This document shows positions 18,857-27,704 of a DNA stretch of 29,012 nt, piece after piece. Position 1 is the stretch's first letter. Each line of letters begins with the position of its first letter. Position numbers and translations under genes: made by a program. The DNA comes from a virus. Lineage: Duplodnaviria; Caudoviricetes. The stretch spans positions 1 to 29,012 of the IMG/VR virus record IMGVR_UViG_3300020513_000022. One strand, 5' to 3'. A model generated the notes under the pieces. The model was not told where the DNA came from, ran no database searches, and saw only the letters and a list, made by a program, of their open reading frames with translations.

Positions 18857-19770
18857 ACTCCTGCTGCATCAATCTTCTCAGCGAGGTGAACTGCCCTACG
18901 CCCAATGGCAAAGCCATTTGGTTCAAGTGCAGGTACGCTGCCTGCCATGGCGGCGTTGGCCATGTGGTGGTCACAGCAGCAGATGGCACGGTCGTTTATG
19001 ACGGCGATCCCACCGTTTCGACCTCAAAGTACATCTACATCGATTTCGACACCTCGAAGGTAAATTCGCTCGGAGCGACCATGGATGTGACTTACAAGCC
19101 CGGCGATGCCGCTTGGGGTAGCCATACCTGCAATCGGGCAACATTCGACTGGGGATACGCAGGCAATGAGCAACTGGTCGTAGGCACGGCATATCTCGAC
19201 AACACCGGTGGAGTCAACGACCTCGGAAACACCTGTGGTTCGTCCTACACAAGGTGCAACACTTTCCAGATTCCAATCGGCGCGTTTACCACCTCGACAA
19301 ACACTTCCCCGGTAGGATTCTACGCCAAAACGCGCAAGGTTTGTTTCATCGGAAATCCAACCTGCAGCGGCGGATGGACTGAAGCCATTGCCAATGCCGG
19401 ACCAGGCATCAACTTTGTTCCGGCCGGCTACAAGCTCGCCACCATCCCAGTGGGCAAATCGCTCTTCCTTACCCTCATCAATTACAACGCACGAGGGATT
19501 GCCTACACCGCACCGGGGGCAGAACTCAATATCACCAGCGCTGGGCAGATTCTTGCCACTATCCCTCTCACCCTGCAATCGAATGGAGCGCCAGTGTCTC
19601 CATACCCATTCGATGGAGTCAGCATCGACGGATCGCCATTCAAGATAACCAACACATGGACAGTACCCGTTGATGTCGTAGTGGGAACCGGGCTCGTCAA
19701 TTTCCCCGGCATTTACAACGGCCTTGCCGGAATTCGGGTTGATGACTCCCTGGCCTACATCATCTCATGA
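18853..19770 (+). CDS. Cys-rich hypothetical virion protein (305 aa)
   Basis: ATG 18853 overlaps the upstream stop; starts MNSCC; beta-rich. Confidence 0.6.
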   Translation: MNSCCINLLSEVNCPTPNGKAIWFKCRYAACHGGVGHVVVTAADGTVVYDGDPTVSTSKYIYIDFDTSKVNSLGATMDVTYKPGDAAWGSHTCNRATFDWGYAGNEQLVVGTAYLDNTGGVNDLGNTCGSSYTRCNTFQIPIGAFTTSTNTSPVGFYAKTRKVCFIGNPTCSGGWTEAIANAGPGINFVPAGYKLATIPVGKSLFLTLINYNARGIAYTAPGAELNITSAGQILATIPLTLQSNGAPVSPYPFDGVSIDGSPFKITNTWTVPVDVVVGTGLVNFPGIYNGLAGIRVDDSLAYIIS

Positions 19771-19979
19771 ACCCGCTCGCCGCCGCATACAGACTTGGGG
19801 CAGAGCTCGCAAAATGGGGAGCCGATGGGTTCAAGCTATCCGACCAATCCGCTGAGAGGCTTGAAATTTGCCATGCCTGCCCGCAATACAACGACGGGCG
19901 ATGCCTGCAATGCGGGTGCGCGATGCAAGTAAAGGCGCGCCTATCGACTGCGAAATGCCCGCTGGGTAAGTGGAAGTGA
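19767..19979 (+). CDS. Small Cys-rich metal-binding protein (DUF6171-like)
   Basis: RLEICxxC...CxxCGC...KA...CPLGKW. Confidence 0.7.
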   Translation: MNPLAAAYRLGAELAKWGADGFKLSDQSAERLEICHACPQYNDGRCLQCGCAMQVKARLSTAKCPLGKWK

Positions 19980-19985
19980 GCCGCG

Positions 19986-19991
19986 TTGACA
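19986..19991 (+). promoter_or_regulatory. TTGACA motif, 22 nt before ATG 20008
   Basis: Recurrent motif. Confidence 0.6.
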
Positions 19992-20007
19992 CGCAAGCTG
20001 GGTAAGA

Positions 20008-21354
20008 ATGCAGCTCAGTCAATTCATCGGGGATTCCAATTCTTTTCCTCTGCCAATGGCGTGGAACGGTGGGCCGTTTGAGCCGGCAGCACAGTGGTCG
20101 CTGATATGGACCGTAAAGCGCTCGGCCAGTGAAGATGATAGCTCGGCAGTGATTCAAAAAATCAGTGGGGCCGGCATCGCGGTTAGTGGCAGCACCGCCA
20201 TCATCGAGGTCGTTCCCAATGACACGCTTCCTCTCCCCGCAGTCCAGCTTGTATGGGATCTCCAAGCTCAGAACTTAACGACAGGCGAGGTGCGAACCGT
20301 GGCATTCGGCGGACTCAAGCTCGTTCGCGATGTGACGCGAAAAACGACGACTTCATTGCCTATTTACACCAATCAACCCGGGGCTCCTGCTGCGGGCAAA
20401 AGCGCCTATGAGATCGCTGTCGATAACGGCTTTGTAGGCAACGAGATCCAATGGCTAGCCTCACTGACAGGGGCCAAGGGCGAGACGGAGTTGATGAAGT
20501 TGGACGATGTTTCCATAGACCCTGAGACGCTCGATAATGAATCGATCTTGAGCTACCAGGATTGGACGCAAACTTGGGTCAATTCTTACAAAATATCTGC
20601 CTCTCCATACGAAGGGGCAACCGTGGTTCGCAGGGACGATGACGGAAGGATTTCCGCAACCATGCTGCGTTTAACGAATGGTACTGTCTTTTACGGCCAA
20701 ATAAATGCCAACCCTGACATGATGTCACAGAGTCGCTCGTACACTCTGCCAAACGCATCTGGGACATTTTTGTTGGATACGACCATCGGAAATTCCGTGG
20801 TGAAAACATCCGATGACCAGACCATCGCCGGCAAGAAGACCTTCACCGGCCAGATGGAATTGATGAATCAAAAGGCCGAAAATGGTGCGAGCGTGATGAA
20901 TCTCCATCTTGCTGATGCCAGATACGGACAGATCTTCAAAAGCTTATCCACCTCACTGCTGCAATCATTCGACACCACGCCAATAGTTGTCGCTTCGGTA
21001 TCCTTGCCCATCGGCACCTACCAATTTGACGCATTCCTCGCTGAATATGCCGAAAATAGCCCAGCAAACTGCACCGTAACATTATCGGCCAATCTCCCAA
21101 TCAAGTGCGGTCTATCCGAGTTTTACGGAGGATCGTCGGTCACAAGCACGGTGGTTTCTGGGGACAACATTGAATCGACCTCGCGATCCAGCACCGGAAC
21201 GGCAACGGAGTTTCGTCGCAGCCTAACGGGAATCGTGGAGGTGTTTAACCTCAACACAACCTTGTCGTTGTCGTTCAACCAAAAAGATCACAATCCGATC
21301 AACCCATCTTATTGCAGGAAGCGGGCCTACATCATTGCCCGTAAAATCGGATAA
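20008..21354 (+). CDS. Tail fibre protein
   Basis: BppU-like N-terminus, GKSAYEIAVDNGFVG.E..WLASL.G motif, DQTIAGKKTF fibre repeat. Confidence 0.75.
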   Translation: MQLSQFIGDSNSFPLPMAWNGGPFEPAAQWSLIWTVKRSASEDDSSAVIQKISGAGIAVSGSTAIIEVVPNDTLPLPAVQLVWDLQAQNLTTGEVRTVAFGGLKLVRDVTRKTTTSLPIYTNQPGAPAAGKSAYEIAVDNGFVGNEIQWLASLTGAKGETELMKLDDVSIDPETLDNESILSYQDWTQTWVNSYKISASPYEGATVVRRDDDGRISATMLRLTNGTVFYGQINANPDMMSQSRSYTLPNASGTFLLDTTIGNSVVKTSDDQTIAGKKTFTGQMELMNQKAENGASVMNLHLADARYGQIFKSLSTSLLQSFDTTPIVVASVSLPIGTYQFDAFLAEYAENSPANCTVTLSANLPIKCGLSEFYGGSSVTSTVVSGDNIESTSRSSTGTATEFRRSLTGIVEVFNLNTTLSLSFNQKDHNPINPSYCRKRAYIIARKIG

Positions 21355-21381
21355 TTTTTGCGCCAGTTCCTAATCACCTCC

Positions 21382-21570
21382 ATGCGCACAGCCATCGACA
21401 TCGACTACGCATCCAAAGCCATTGTCGGCATCATTTCGCCGATGGTCGGCGTCATCACGTCGCTTCAAGAGCAGGTCGAATGGCACCTGCGAATTGCCTC
21501 GCTGATCGTTGGCCTTGCCGTTGGCATTATGTCGCTCGTCGCCATGGTGCGAAAGTGGCGCAAGCGTTGA
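21382..21570 (+). CDS. Holin-like membrane protein (62 aa)
   Basis: Two hydrophobic segments and a basic C-terminus RKWRKR; ATG 21382 preferred over TTG 21358. Confidence 0.6.
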   Translation: MRTAIDIDYASKAIVGIISPMVGVITSLQEQVEWHLRIASLIVGLAVGIMSLVAMVRKWRKR

Positions 21571-21572
21571 CA
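21567..21572 (+). promoter_or_regulatory. TTGACA motif, 22 nt before ATG 21589
   Basis: Recurrent motif; includes the upstream TGA stop. Confidence 0.55.
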
Positions 21573-21588
21573 ACAATACCTAGGCGTC

Positions 21589-21780
21589 ATGAAAGCACTC
21601 AGAATCCTCAGCTACATCGGCAAGGTTAGCGGCTTTATCACCGCCCTTGGTTCCATTCCGTTTATTGATCCAAAGCTCGGCATTGTGATCTTTGCCGCCG
21701 CTTCAATAATCAAAGACACCACCAACAGGATTGGTGACATCGTCGATGACGGAAAAGCCAATCAGAGCTTCAACGGATGA
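21589..21780 (+). CDS. Small membrane protein, holin-like
   Basis: 63 aa, two short hydrophobic segments, in the lysis region. Confidence 0.55.
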   Translation: MKALRILSYIGKVSGFITALGSIPFIDPKLGIVIFAAASIIKDTTNRIGDIVDDGKANQSFNG

Positions 21781-21783
21781 TGC

Positions 21784-22008
21784 TTACTTGCTCTTTTTGC
21801 CGCGACCTTTTGGAGCGTCTTTCTTGGCACTCTTTTTAGCGAGTGCGAAAGGTCCGGTCTTATCGCCCCCAGCCTCAAACCATTGGTTAATTGCCAAACG
21901 TAGCACCGACGCATGCGAGAGGGCCATGGATTTGGAAATGGCATCCACACGGGCAGTCAACTCTTCAGGAAACCTCACGGGTGTGGGTGTCATTCTGTCG
22001 TCACTCAT
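21784..22008 (-). CDS. Ribbon-helix-helix (Arc/CopG-like) DNA-binding protein
   Basis: TPVRFPEELTARVDAISKSMALSHASVLRLAINQWF plus Lys-rich tail; ATG 22008 preferred. Confidence 0.7.
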   Translation of the reverse strand: MSDDRMTPTPVRFPEELTARVDAISKSMALSHASVLRLAINQWFEAGGDKTGPFALAKKSAKKDAPKGRGKKSK

Positions 22009-22067
22009 GCCCCAAACTTGAACCTCCGCGCCCCACGCGCAAGCAAAACTCCCCATAAATCAGCACC

Positions 22068-22631
22068 ATGAACCAATCTCAGATCATTGAGCTCCAGCGG
22101 CGCATAGGCACTACCCAAGACGGATTCTGGGGCCCGAAGTCGATCGCTGCCTGCCAACGTCACCTCAAAGCCATGATGCCAATCGGGTGTGCCTGGCCTT
22201 CTCCAGCAGACGGAGCCATGGTCCGTTTCTTTGGCCAACCAGGAGATGAGAGCAGGCTGATCGGCCTCGATGTCACTGGACTCGGCGTGAAGTATGACGG
22301 GCAGGCCGTGCGATCTATCCGATGCCATGAGCTAGTAGCAGACTCCCTAGGCCGGATTCTGCGCCGGATCTCAGTTGGCCCCCATCGGGGAATTTTGGCG
22401 AAATACGCCGGTTGCTACAACCCACGCCCTATGCGAGGCGGCAACCGCCCATCAAAGCATTCGTGGGGAGCCGCCATCGACCTAGACCCCAACCACAACG
22501 GCCTCAAGACTTCATGGCCGGTCGCTGCCACCATGCCGATCGAGGTGATGGAGGAATTTGCCCGCGAAGGCTGGATCGGCCTCGGCTGGCAGATCAGCCG
22601 CGATTCGATGCACTTCCAGCCGACGCGGTGA
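22068..22631 (+). CDS. Endolysin: peptidoglycan-binding domain plus M15 family zinc peptidase
   Basis: LQ..IG...DG.WGP.S N-terminus; R...SKHSWGAAID and DSMHFQ. Confidence 0.88.
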   Translation: MNQSQIIELQRRIGTTQDGFWGPKSIAACQRHLKAMMPIGCAWPSPADGAMVRFFGQPGDESRLIGLDVTGLGVKYDGQAVRSIRCHELVADSLGRILRRISVGPHRGILAKYAGCYNPRPMRGGNRPSKHSWGAAIDLDPNHNGLKTSWPVAATMPIEVMEEFAREGWIGLGWQISRDSMHFQPTR

Positions 22632-22636
22632 GGTGG

Positions 22637-22745
22637 CTTCTCTCTCGTTTCGTTGGTCTGATTTGCGTTTGTTATTTGGCCCTCTCAAACCAGCTTAAGT
22701 TTCAACAAACCTCTGGCTCCGTTTTGCGGGACCACTTCAGACCTT
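22637..22745. repeat. Repeat A, copy 1
   Basis: CTTCTCTyTCGTTTCGTTGGTCTGATTTG ... CTCTGGCTCCGTTTTGCGGGA shared with 24009-24116. Confidence 0.9.
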
Positions 22746-22811
22746 GTTTGTGGCCGCCTAGCGCATTTCTGTCGCGGTAAGTCGTAAAACTTTTCCACAC
22801 CCATCATTGAT

Positions 22812-23165
22812 TCAGTCGCCTATTACCTTTTTATCAAATTTAATAGTAAAGTTATTATTACTGTTTTTCTTAGATATACTGAAAAGTTTTTTGCAAACAT
22901 TATCAGGTATTTTTGTTTCTTTCTTAAATAGCAAAATACCATGTATTTCACTCGTGTATAACATCCACTTTACGCCTGAATATTTATTTTCTTTTATTTT
23001 CCAATCCGTAATCACAGGATCATTTTCAAATGCACGTTCGACTTTATTCAAGATCACAACTCCTTCTGGCGCCATCAAATTGCTTTCTAGCCAATGTGTA
23101 AGAAATGCAAAAGAAGCTACAAGTATAAAAGCAATTGCCAATATTTTCTTGAACGCACTTTTCAT
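22812..23165 (-). CDS. Putative immunity protein 1 (N-terminal membrane anchor/signal)
   Basis: AT-rich, 12 nt after the toxin stop. Confidence 0.65.
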   Translation of the reverse strand: MKSAFKKILAIAFILVASFAFLTHWLESNLMAPEGVVILNKVERAFENDPVITDWKIKENKYSGVKWMLYTSEIHGILLFKKETKIPDNVCKKLFSISKKNSNNNFTIKFDKKVIGD

Positions 23166-23177
23166 ACAGGCGGGCCT

Positions 23178-23978
23178 TTATTTATTACCCCATGCTGCCG
23201 GCCGAAGGGTTGGTAATGATGGATTGTAAGGAGGAGTAAATCCAGCATTCTTGATTTTCTGACATGCCCATCCAGCACAATTCCTGCCGCCTATATTTGT
23301 GAAATTGTATTCTGTGTCGTCTGGTCCAGTTATTTCATTGTCAAGTTTCTGGACTGACTCAGGACACGCTCTATAGGAATAGCTATTCTCTGGATTGTAC
23401 TCGGCGTTGTCGGCTTCGGTGTACACCTTGCCATTACCGCCCCAAATTGAACTTCCAGCATAAAGTCCACGGTTATGATTTGGTGTGTGAATGTAAGCAT
23501 GTCCAGTATCATTGTATGCTTTTCTTGCTCTCACCCTAATTTCCACGGTTTTAATTTCATCTTCACAGCATTTACGCCCTGCGTCATCAATAACTTCGTT
23601 GACTCCTTTTTGTCCATTGCAGCAATCTTCTTTTAAGCCTAACACATCTGACTCATTCAGCCCATCATTCCCAACAAACCCATACAGATTCAAACCACCC
23701 TCTTCCCCAATCGGATCCCTGCTAGGCCATTTGCCGGTTTGAGGGTCATAGTATCTGTACCCGTAGTACGCCACACGCGGCCTCAAACCCCGTGAGTGCT
23801 GGGATTTTGGACGGGGGCGCGAACGAAAGCGGCTGGGCGACCGTGGACAAATCACCCCTAGAGCATCGCTAATCAACGCCGGGATGGGAAGGAAGAAATT
23901 CCCCCATTCATGTTGTTTGCTACATTCCGAGGGAAAGCGCCAAGCCGCTCTTCTCGCCCTTGAAAACCAAAGCTGCAA
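23178..23978 (-). CDS. Mini Rhs-core protein 1 with putative permuted papain-like tip; start uncertain (alternative GTG 23774)
   Basis: [17 protein letters not shown]...NLYGFVGN...DVLG; tip has GHAYI and RNCAGW. Confidence 0.85.
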   Translation of the reverse strand: MQLWFSRARRAAWRFPSECSKQHEWGNFFLPIPALISDALGVICPRSPSRFRSRPRPKSQHSRGLRPRVAYYGYRYYDPQTGKWPSRDPIGEEGGLNLYGFVGNDGLNESDVLGLKEDCCNGQKGVNEVIDDAGRKCCEDEIKTVEIRVRARKAYNDTGHAYIHTPNHNRGLYAGSSIWGGNGKVYTEADNAEYNPENSYSYRACPESVQKLDNEITGPDDTEYNFTNIGGRNCAGWACQKIKNAGFTPPYNPSLPTLRPAAWGNK

Positions 23979-24008
23979 CTAGGGGGGCAGGCCTCAGCTT
24001 TCAGAAGT

Positions 24009-24116
24009 CTTCTCTTTCGTTTCGTTGGTCTGATTTGGATGGTGAATTACGCAACGCAGAGCAGCTAAAGTTTTAACAAAACTCTGGCTCCGTTTTGCGG
24101 GATCACCTCACACTTT
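24009..24116. repeat. Repeat A, copy 2
   Basis: Direct repeat of 22637-22745 with a divergent middle of about 25 nt. Confidence 0.9.
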
Positions 24117-24163
24117 AGTCTCCTTGAAATAGCCCCCTTGAAAATATGAATTGAAATGAAAGT

Positions 24164-24499
24164 TCATGGGGTGAGTGCCGCAACAGCCTTGTTGCTCTCT
24201 ACCCACTGTTTCTCATCGCGGACGAAGTTCATTCGCTTGTCGGCTGGCCACGTAGACGCAGCAATCTTGAGCCATCGGTCACTAGCCAGTCTTCTTCGTA
24301 ATACGAAGTAAGAAAACCCAGAGTGATCACCGCAATAAAAGAGACCCAAAAAGGTAGTGCTTGCCGCGCCTTGTGGTCCCTCGACTAAGGCTTTGAAATC
24401 ACGCACTTCCAAGGTTTCAGACTTGGGAACTGGACTGCAACCAACAAGGCAGATGGATGATAGAATGGCTACAGATAAACTGTTCATGGTTGTAATCAT
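24164..24499 (-). CDS. Putative immunity protein 2, predicted lipoprotein
   Basis: ATGA overlap with the toxin stop; lipobox-like LVG-C. Confidence 0.7.
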   Translation of the reverse strand: MITTMNSLSVAILSSICLVGCSPVPKSETLEVRDFKALVEGPQGAASTTFLGLFYCGDHSGFSYFVLRRRLASDRWLKIAASTWPADKRMNFVRDEKQWVESNKAVAALTP

Positions 24500-25308
24500 T
24501 TTCTGCTCGATCCCGGAGGACCAGCTGGCCCTGGATTGGTAGCCCCACCGCTTGGGTTCGTTGGTGTGCCGCCTGGGATTGATCCTTCGTTGCTGTTAGA
24601 TCCTCCGTTTGCTGAGTTTATACTATCGCCAAGTTCTCCCGGCGATTCAAACCCTGCCCAGTCGTCTGCATCAACATCCGTTCCAGTAACGTCGCCAAAA
24701 GTATCCGACGCAAAGGATGAACAGTTATCTGTGTAACACCACTCGCGATGCTCTTTGGCATTCTCAACGAGCTTCTTTGCCTGATCGTCAGTAAGTTTCT
24801 TGCAATGTTTGTATTTATAACCCGCAGGAGCATCACCCGGAAAGTTCTCCCTGACATCCGAGCCTTTGCCATTATCGAGTCCGCCCCTTTGTATATTGGG
24901 GTGGCTGTCAGGCCATAGGCTGTAAGTTGTAGTCTTGCCGGTGTCTGTATCGACTAAGACCAGTGCAGCGTGTCCATCTGTGTCACCAGCTCCATTTTTC
25001 TCGCAGACATTCGACATGATGCACAACCACTTCTCCAAACCGAGACGATCAACGTAGCGAATCGGATTGTTCCGAACCATCCCATACAAGTTCACCCCAC
25101 CTTTTTCCTCAATCGGATCTCTGCTAGGCCATCTGCCGGTTTGAGGGTCATAGTATCTGTACCCGTAGTACGCCACACGCGGCCTCAAACCCGGTGATTG
25201 CTGGGTTTTTGGACGGCGGCGCGTACGAAAGCGGCTGGGCGACCGTGGACAAATCACCTCTAGAGCATCATCAATCACCGCTTCGATGGGAAGGAAGAAA
25301 TTCACCAC
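24496..25308 (-). CDS. Mini Rhs-core protein 2 with putative permuted papain-like tip; start uncertain (alternative GTG 25176)
   Basis: Rhs core ending [12 protein letters not shown]; tip has GHAAL...YSLWP and DNCSSF. Confidence 0.85.
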   Translation of the reverse strand: MVNFFLPIEAVIDDALEVICPRSPSRFRTRRRPKTQQSPGLRPRVAYYGYRYYDPQTGRWPSRDPIEEKGGVNLYGMVRNNPIRYVDRLGLEKWLCIMSNVCEKNGAGDTDGHAALVLVDTDTGKTTTYSLWPDSHPNIQRGGLDNGKGSDVRENFPGDAPAGYKYKHCKKLTDDQAKKLVENAKEHREWCYTDNCSSFASDTFGDVTGTDVDADDWAGFESPGELGDSINSANGGSNSNEGSIPGGTPTNPSGGATNPGPAGPPGSSRK

Positions 25309-25369
25309 TGCTCAACAAAGACGACATTTATTGCATGTCAGAAAACCATCGTGTGTCTTAAAGCGGGAT

Positions 25370-25476
25370 CTTATCCGCGCACGTCACATGGACCCGCAGG
25401 CGAGCAGCACCTGTGACAGACCGTTGGGATCTTTGGCGTGGCGTAGCGACGGTCCTCCGGGAGTGAGTTTTGCTAG
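25370..25476. repeat. Repeat B, copy 1
   Basis: Core CTTAwCCGCGCrCGTCACATkGACCCG..GGCGAGCAGCAC at 25370-25410. Confidence 0.85.
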
Positions 25477-25540
25477 TGGCAAGTTAGACTTTGATTATAT
25501 GGATCACCGTCATTTCTTTCGTAATTTTGAGATATTGCAG

Positions 25541-25759
25541 TTAGCCAAGACTTTCCTTAAGATCCGGATAACGTGATACCACATATTTACGAAAAATATC
25601 CCAATTCATATATCCCATAAATTCGCCTACTCTTCTGCGAGCATCATTGAAATCCTCTTCACTCAAAACTTCTTGGGTTTCTTGTAAAAGGCTGTTCATC
25701 GAATCGGAACATTTCTTAATCTGGTCTATAATGGCTTTGGCTTTAGAAAGGTCATTCAT
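25541..25759 (-). CDS. Putative immunity protein 3 (72 aa, soluble, helical)
   Basis: 12 nt after the toxin stop; AT-rich. Confidence 0.7.
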   Translation of the reverse strand: MNDLSKAKAIIDQIKKCSDSMNSLLQETQEVLSEEDFNDARRRVGEFMGYMNWDIFRKYVVSRYPDLKESLG

Positions 25760-25771
25760 GTTTTTAGGCGG

Positions 25772-26335
25772 CTACATATTACAATCAGCATCATCCATAC
25801 ATTCCCTAAAGCATTTATGAAACCGGTTGCCTCCATAATTCCCAGTGGGCAAAGTTGACGCTGTGCATGATGCTATGCATGCCGCTCTTGCTGCAGCACA
25901 TCTCGCAGCTTCAGCCGCAGCAGCGATAGCTTCTTCAGTCAATTGAGCAACTAAATCAAGGCAAGGTGGTGATACCAAACATGCACATGCTGTAATTCCC
26001 AATATATCGGCTGCTGTTAGAAGTATTGCTCCTCCTGCTATGGGAATAACCATCGGGCCATACTGACCCAAATAATCCCACCTATTCACCCCATCATTCC
26101 CCACAAATCCATACAGGTTCACCCCACCCTCTTCCTCAATTGGGTCCCTGCTAGGCCATCTGCCGGTTTGGGGATCATAGTATCTGTACCCGTAATACGC
26201 CACACGCGGCCTTGATCCCCTTGATTGCTGGGATTTTGGGCGGGGGCGCCTTCGGCAGACGCGTGATGAATGCGGACAAATCACTCCTAGAGCATCACCA
26301 ATCACTGCTTGGATGGGAAGGAAGAAATTACCCAC
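25772..26335 (-). CDS. Mini Rhs-core protein 3 with hydrophobic Cys-rich tip; start uncertain (alternative GTG 26203)
   Basis: Rhs core ending DYLG; tip with hydrophobic helix and CxxxC repeats. Confidence 0.85.
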   Translation of the reverse strand: MGNFFLPIQAVIGDALGVICPHSSRVCRRRPRPKSQQSRGSRPRVAYYGYRYYDPQTGRWPSRDPIEEEGGVNLYGFVGNDGVNRWDYLGQYGPMVIPIAGGAILLTAADILGITACACLVSPPCLDLVAQLTEEAIAAAAEAARCAAARAACIASCTASTLPTGNYGGNRFHKCFRECMDDADCNM

Positions 26336-26493
26336 TGTCGATGGAAGACAGAGATCCGTGGGCCTGTCTATCAGAGCAAAGATACTCCTCGCGACATCTT
26401 AACCGCGCGCGTCACATTGACCCGAAGGCGAGCAGCACGGAGCGGGATGGATACAGGGTGCGGAGCGACGATTGATTGAGCAGGTTTTGCTAG
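26336..26493. repeat. Repeat B, copy 2, plus proximal segment shared with copy 3
   Basis: Core at 26398-26438; highly similar to 27705-27875. Confidence 0.85.
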
Positions 26494-26502
26494 AGATGAA
26501 AG

Positions 26503-26949
26503 TCAATTTTTGAAAGGTTGTGTCTCTTGTAATTTACGGATAATAGAAATATATATCGGGACAACTTCTTCCGAAGTAACCTTCACATCAAACTTCTCGG
26601 TATCCGCTATCTTTGAAATACTCAGAATATCTAAACATCCAAGACCGTCTTCTTTCTTTGTGCGCGGAACGATAAAAACAGCCGTTTGTTTTCCGGACGT
26701 CGAATCAAATTGAGAATACTTCACATTCTCATCAAAAATCTCATTCCTTATTTCCGAAGATGCACGAAAACTTCCAGAAGAAGGCTGGCCGTTTTTTGGC
26801 GTATAAATTACCGAAACAATACAAGAAGTGGACCTGTCAATAGGAATAAAGTTTGTGTTTGTATAGTGATCGAACTTTATTTTCCGAGCTGGCATCATGA
26901 TCACAATGAAGCCTAAGAATATTAATAAAATCAGCCACCCTGTTTTCAT
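26503..26949 (-). CDS. Putative immunity protein 4 (N-terminal membrane anchor, 148 aa)
   Basis: ATG 26949 overlaps the toxin stop (ATGA); [17 protein letters not shown]. Confidence 0.7.
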   Translation of the reverse strand: MKTGWLILLIFLGFIVIMMPARKIKFDHYTNTNFIPIDRSTSCIVSVIYTPKNGQPSSGSFRASSEIRNEIFDENVKYSQFDSTSGKQTAVFIVPRTKKEDGLGCLDILSISKIADTEKFDVKVTSEEVVPIYISIIRKLQETQPFKN

Positions 26950-27704
26950 TTTGCAGGACCAGCTGCTTTGGCGCACTTTTCTATCAGGCCATTCGCAATG
27001 TCAATACAAGTTCCGAATGGGCAAGTTCCGGTTGAAGTCGACTCAAGACAACTGACGAATTTAGCTATATCATGACATTGGCTAAGCTTAACATCCTTGC
27101 ACTTGTGTTTACTGCTTGGTATACTCGGATCATCGCCCCAGATATCTGGTGAAGTAACATTTGATCCCGCGCCGCCTATGCTTTTCCCTGACGGGAGCCT
27201 GAGATACCTGTGCCATGGTATGTCCACTACAATAACATAGAGATCCACTCCATCTATAGAGCACCAATCAACTCCCGTATCAACTTCTGATTTTCTATCT
27301 AACACGGAGCCATTTTTACAGCAATGAGTCGTGCTATCATAAGGCGCGGGCGGTCCATGTTGCCCGGAAGGAAGCTCGCAACATGAAGGTGAATTGCTTT
27401 CGCCAAGAATTTCCTCCCATAGATCTGAGGTTTCTAAGCCGAGCACATCAACTCGATTTACCACGCCGTTTCCAACCATGCCATACAAGTTCATTCCTCC
27501 CTTTTCTTCAATCGGGTCCCTGCTAGGCCATCTGCCTGTTTTTGGGTCATAGTATCTGTACCCGTAGTACGCCACACGCGGCCTCAATCCCCTTGATTGC
27601 TGGGTTTTAGGGCGGGGCCGCGCACGTTGGACGCGTGATGAATGCGGATAGATCACCCCCAGAGCATCACTACTCACCGCCTGGATGGGAAGAAAGAAAT
27701 GCAC
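26946..27704 (-). CDS. Mini Rhs-core protein 4 with Cys-rich tip; start uncertain (alternative GTG 27575)
   Basis: Rhs core ending DVLGL; tip CC...[13 protein letters not shown] and GTCI. Confidence 0.85.
   Translation of the reverse strand: MHFFLPIQAVSSDALGVIYPHSSRVQRARPRPKTQQSRGLRPRVAYYGYRYYDPKTGRWPSRDPIEEKGGMNLYGMVGNGVVNRVDVLGLETSDLWEEILGESNSPSCCELPSGQHGPPAPYDSTTHCCKNGSVLDRKSEVDTGVDWCSIDGVDLYVIVVDIPWHRYLRLPSGKSIGGAGSNVTSPDIWGDDPSIPSSKHKCKDVKLSQCHDIAKFVSCLESTSTGTCPFGTCIDIANGLIEKCAKAAGPAK

Larger units (their letters stand above)
11..22631 (+). mobile_element. Prophage or phage-like element, late (head-tail-lysis) region, non-contractile tail; left end lies outside the window
   Basis: Canonical order terminase-portal-protease-capsid-neck-tail-tape measure-fibres-holin-endolysin, with many ATGA overlaps; no sheath gene recognised; no integrase or att site seen. 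Confidence 0.9.

Noticed and set aside
6603-21354. Contractile injection system or tailocin
   Set aside because: Head and packaging genes are present, and no sheath, baseplate J or VgrG/PAAR gene was recognised
14227-21354. Diversity-generating retroelement or invertible fibre cassette
   Set aside because: No reverse transcriptase, invertase or template/variable repeat pair seen
153-22780. Numerous overlapping alternative-frame and antisense ORFs in the track (e.g. 790-1410, 5937-6560, 11056-11670, 19024-19578)
   Set aside because: They shadow well-supported plus-strand genes in GC-rich DNA and have no recognisable motifs
24071-24103. dif-like arms in repeat A (minus strand ATCCCGCAAAA ... 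TTTTGTTAAAA)
   Set aside because: Spacer is 11 bp rather than 6-8 bp, and the arms are more degenerate in copy 1
25286-26475. Plus-strand ORFs 25286-25576 and 26212-26475 over repeat B
   Set aside because: Similarity follows from the DNA repeat; they are antisense to the toxin genes and copy 3 has a frameshifting indel
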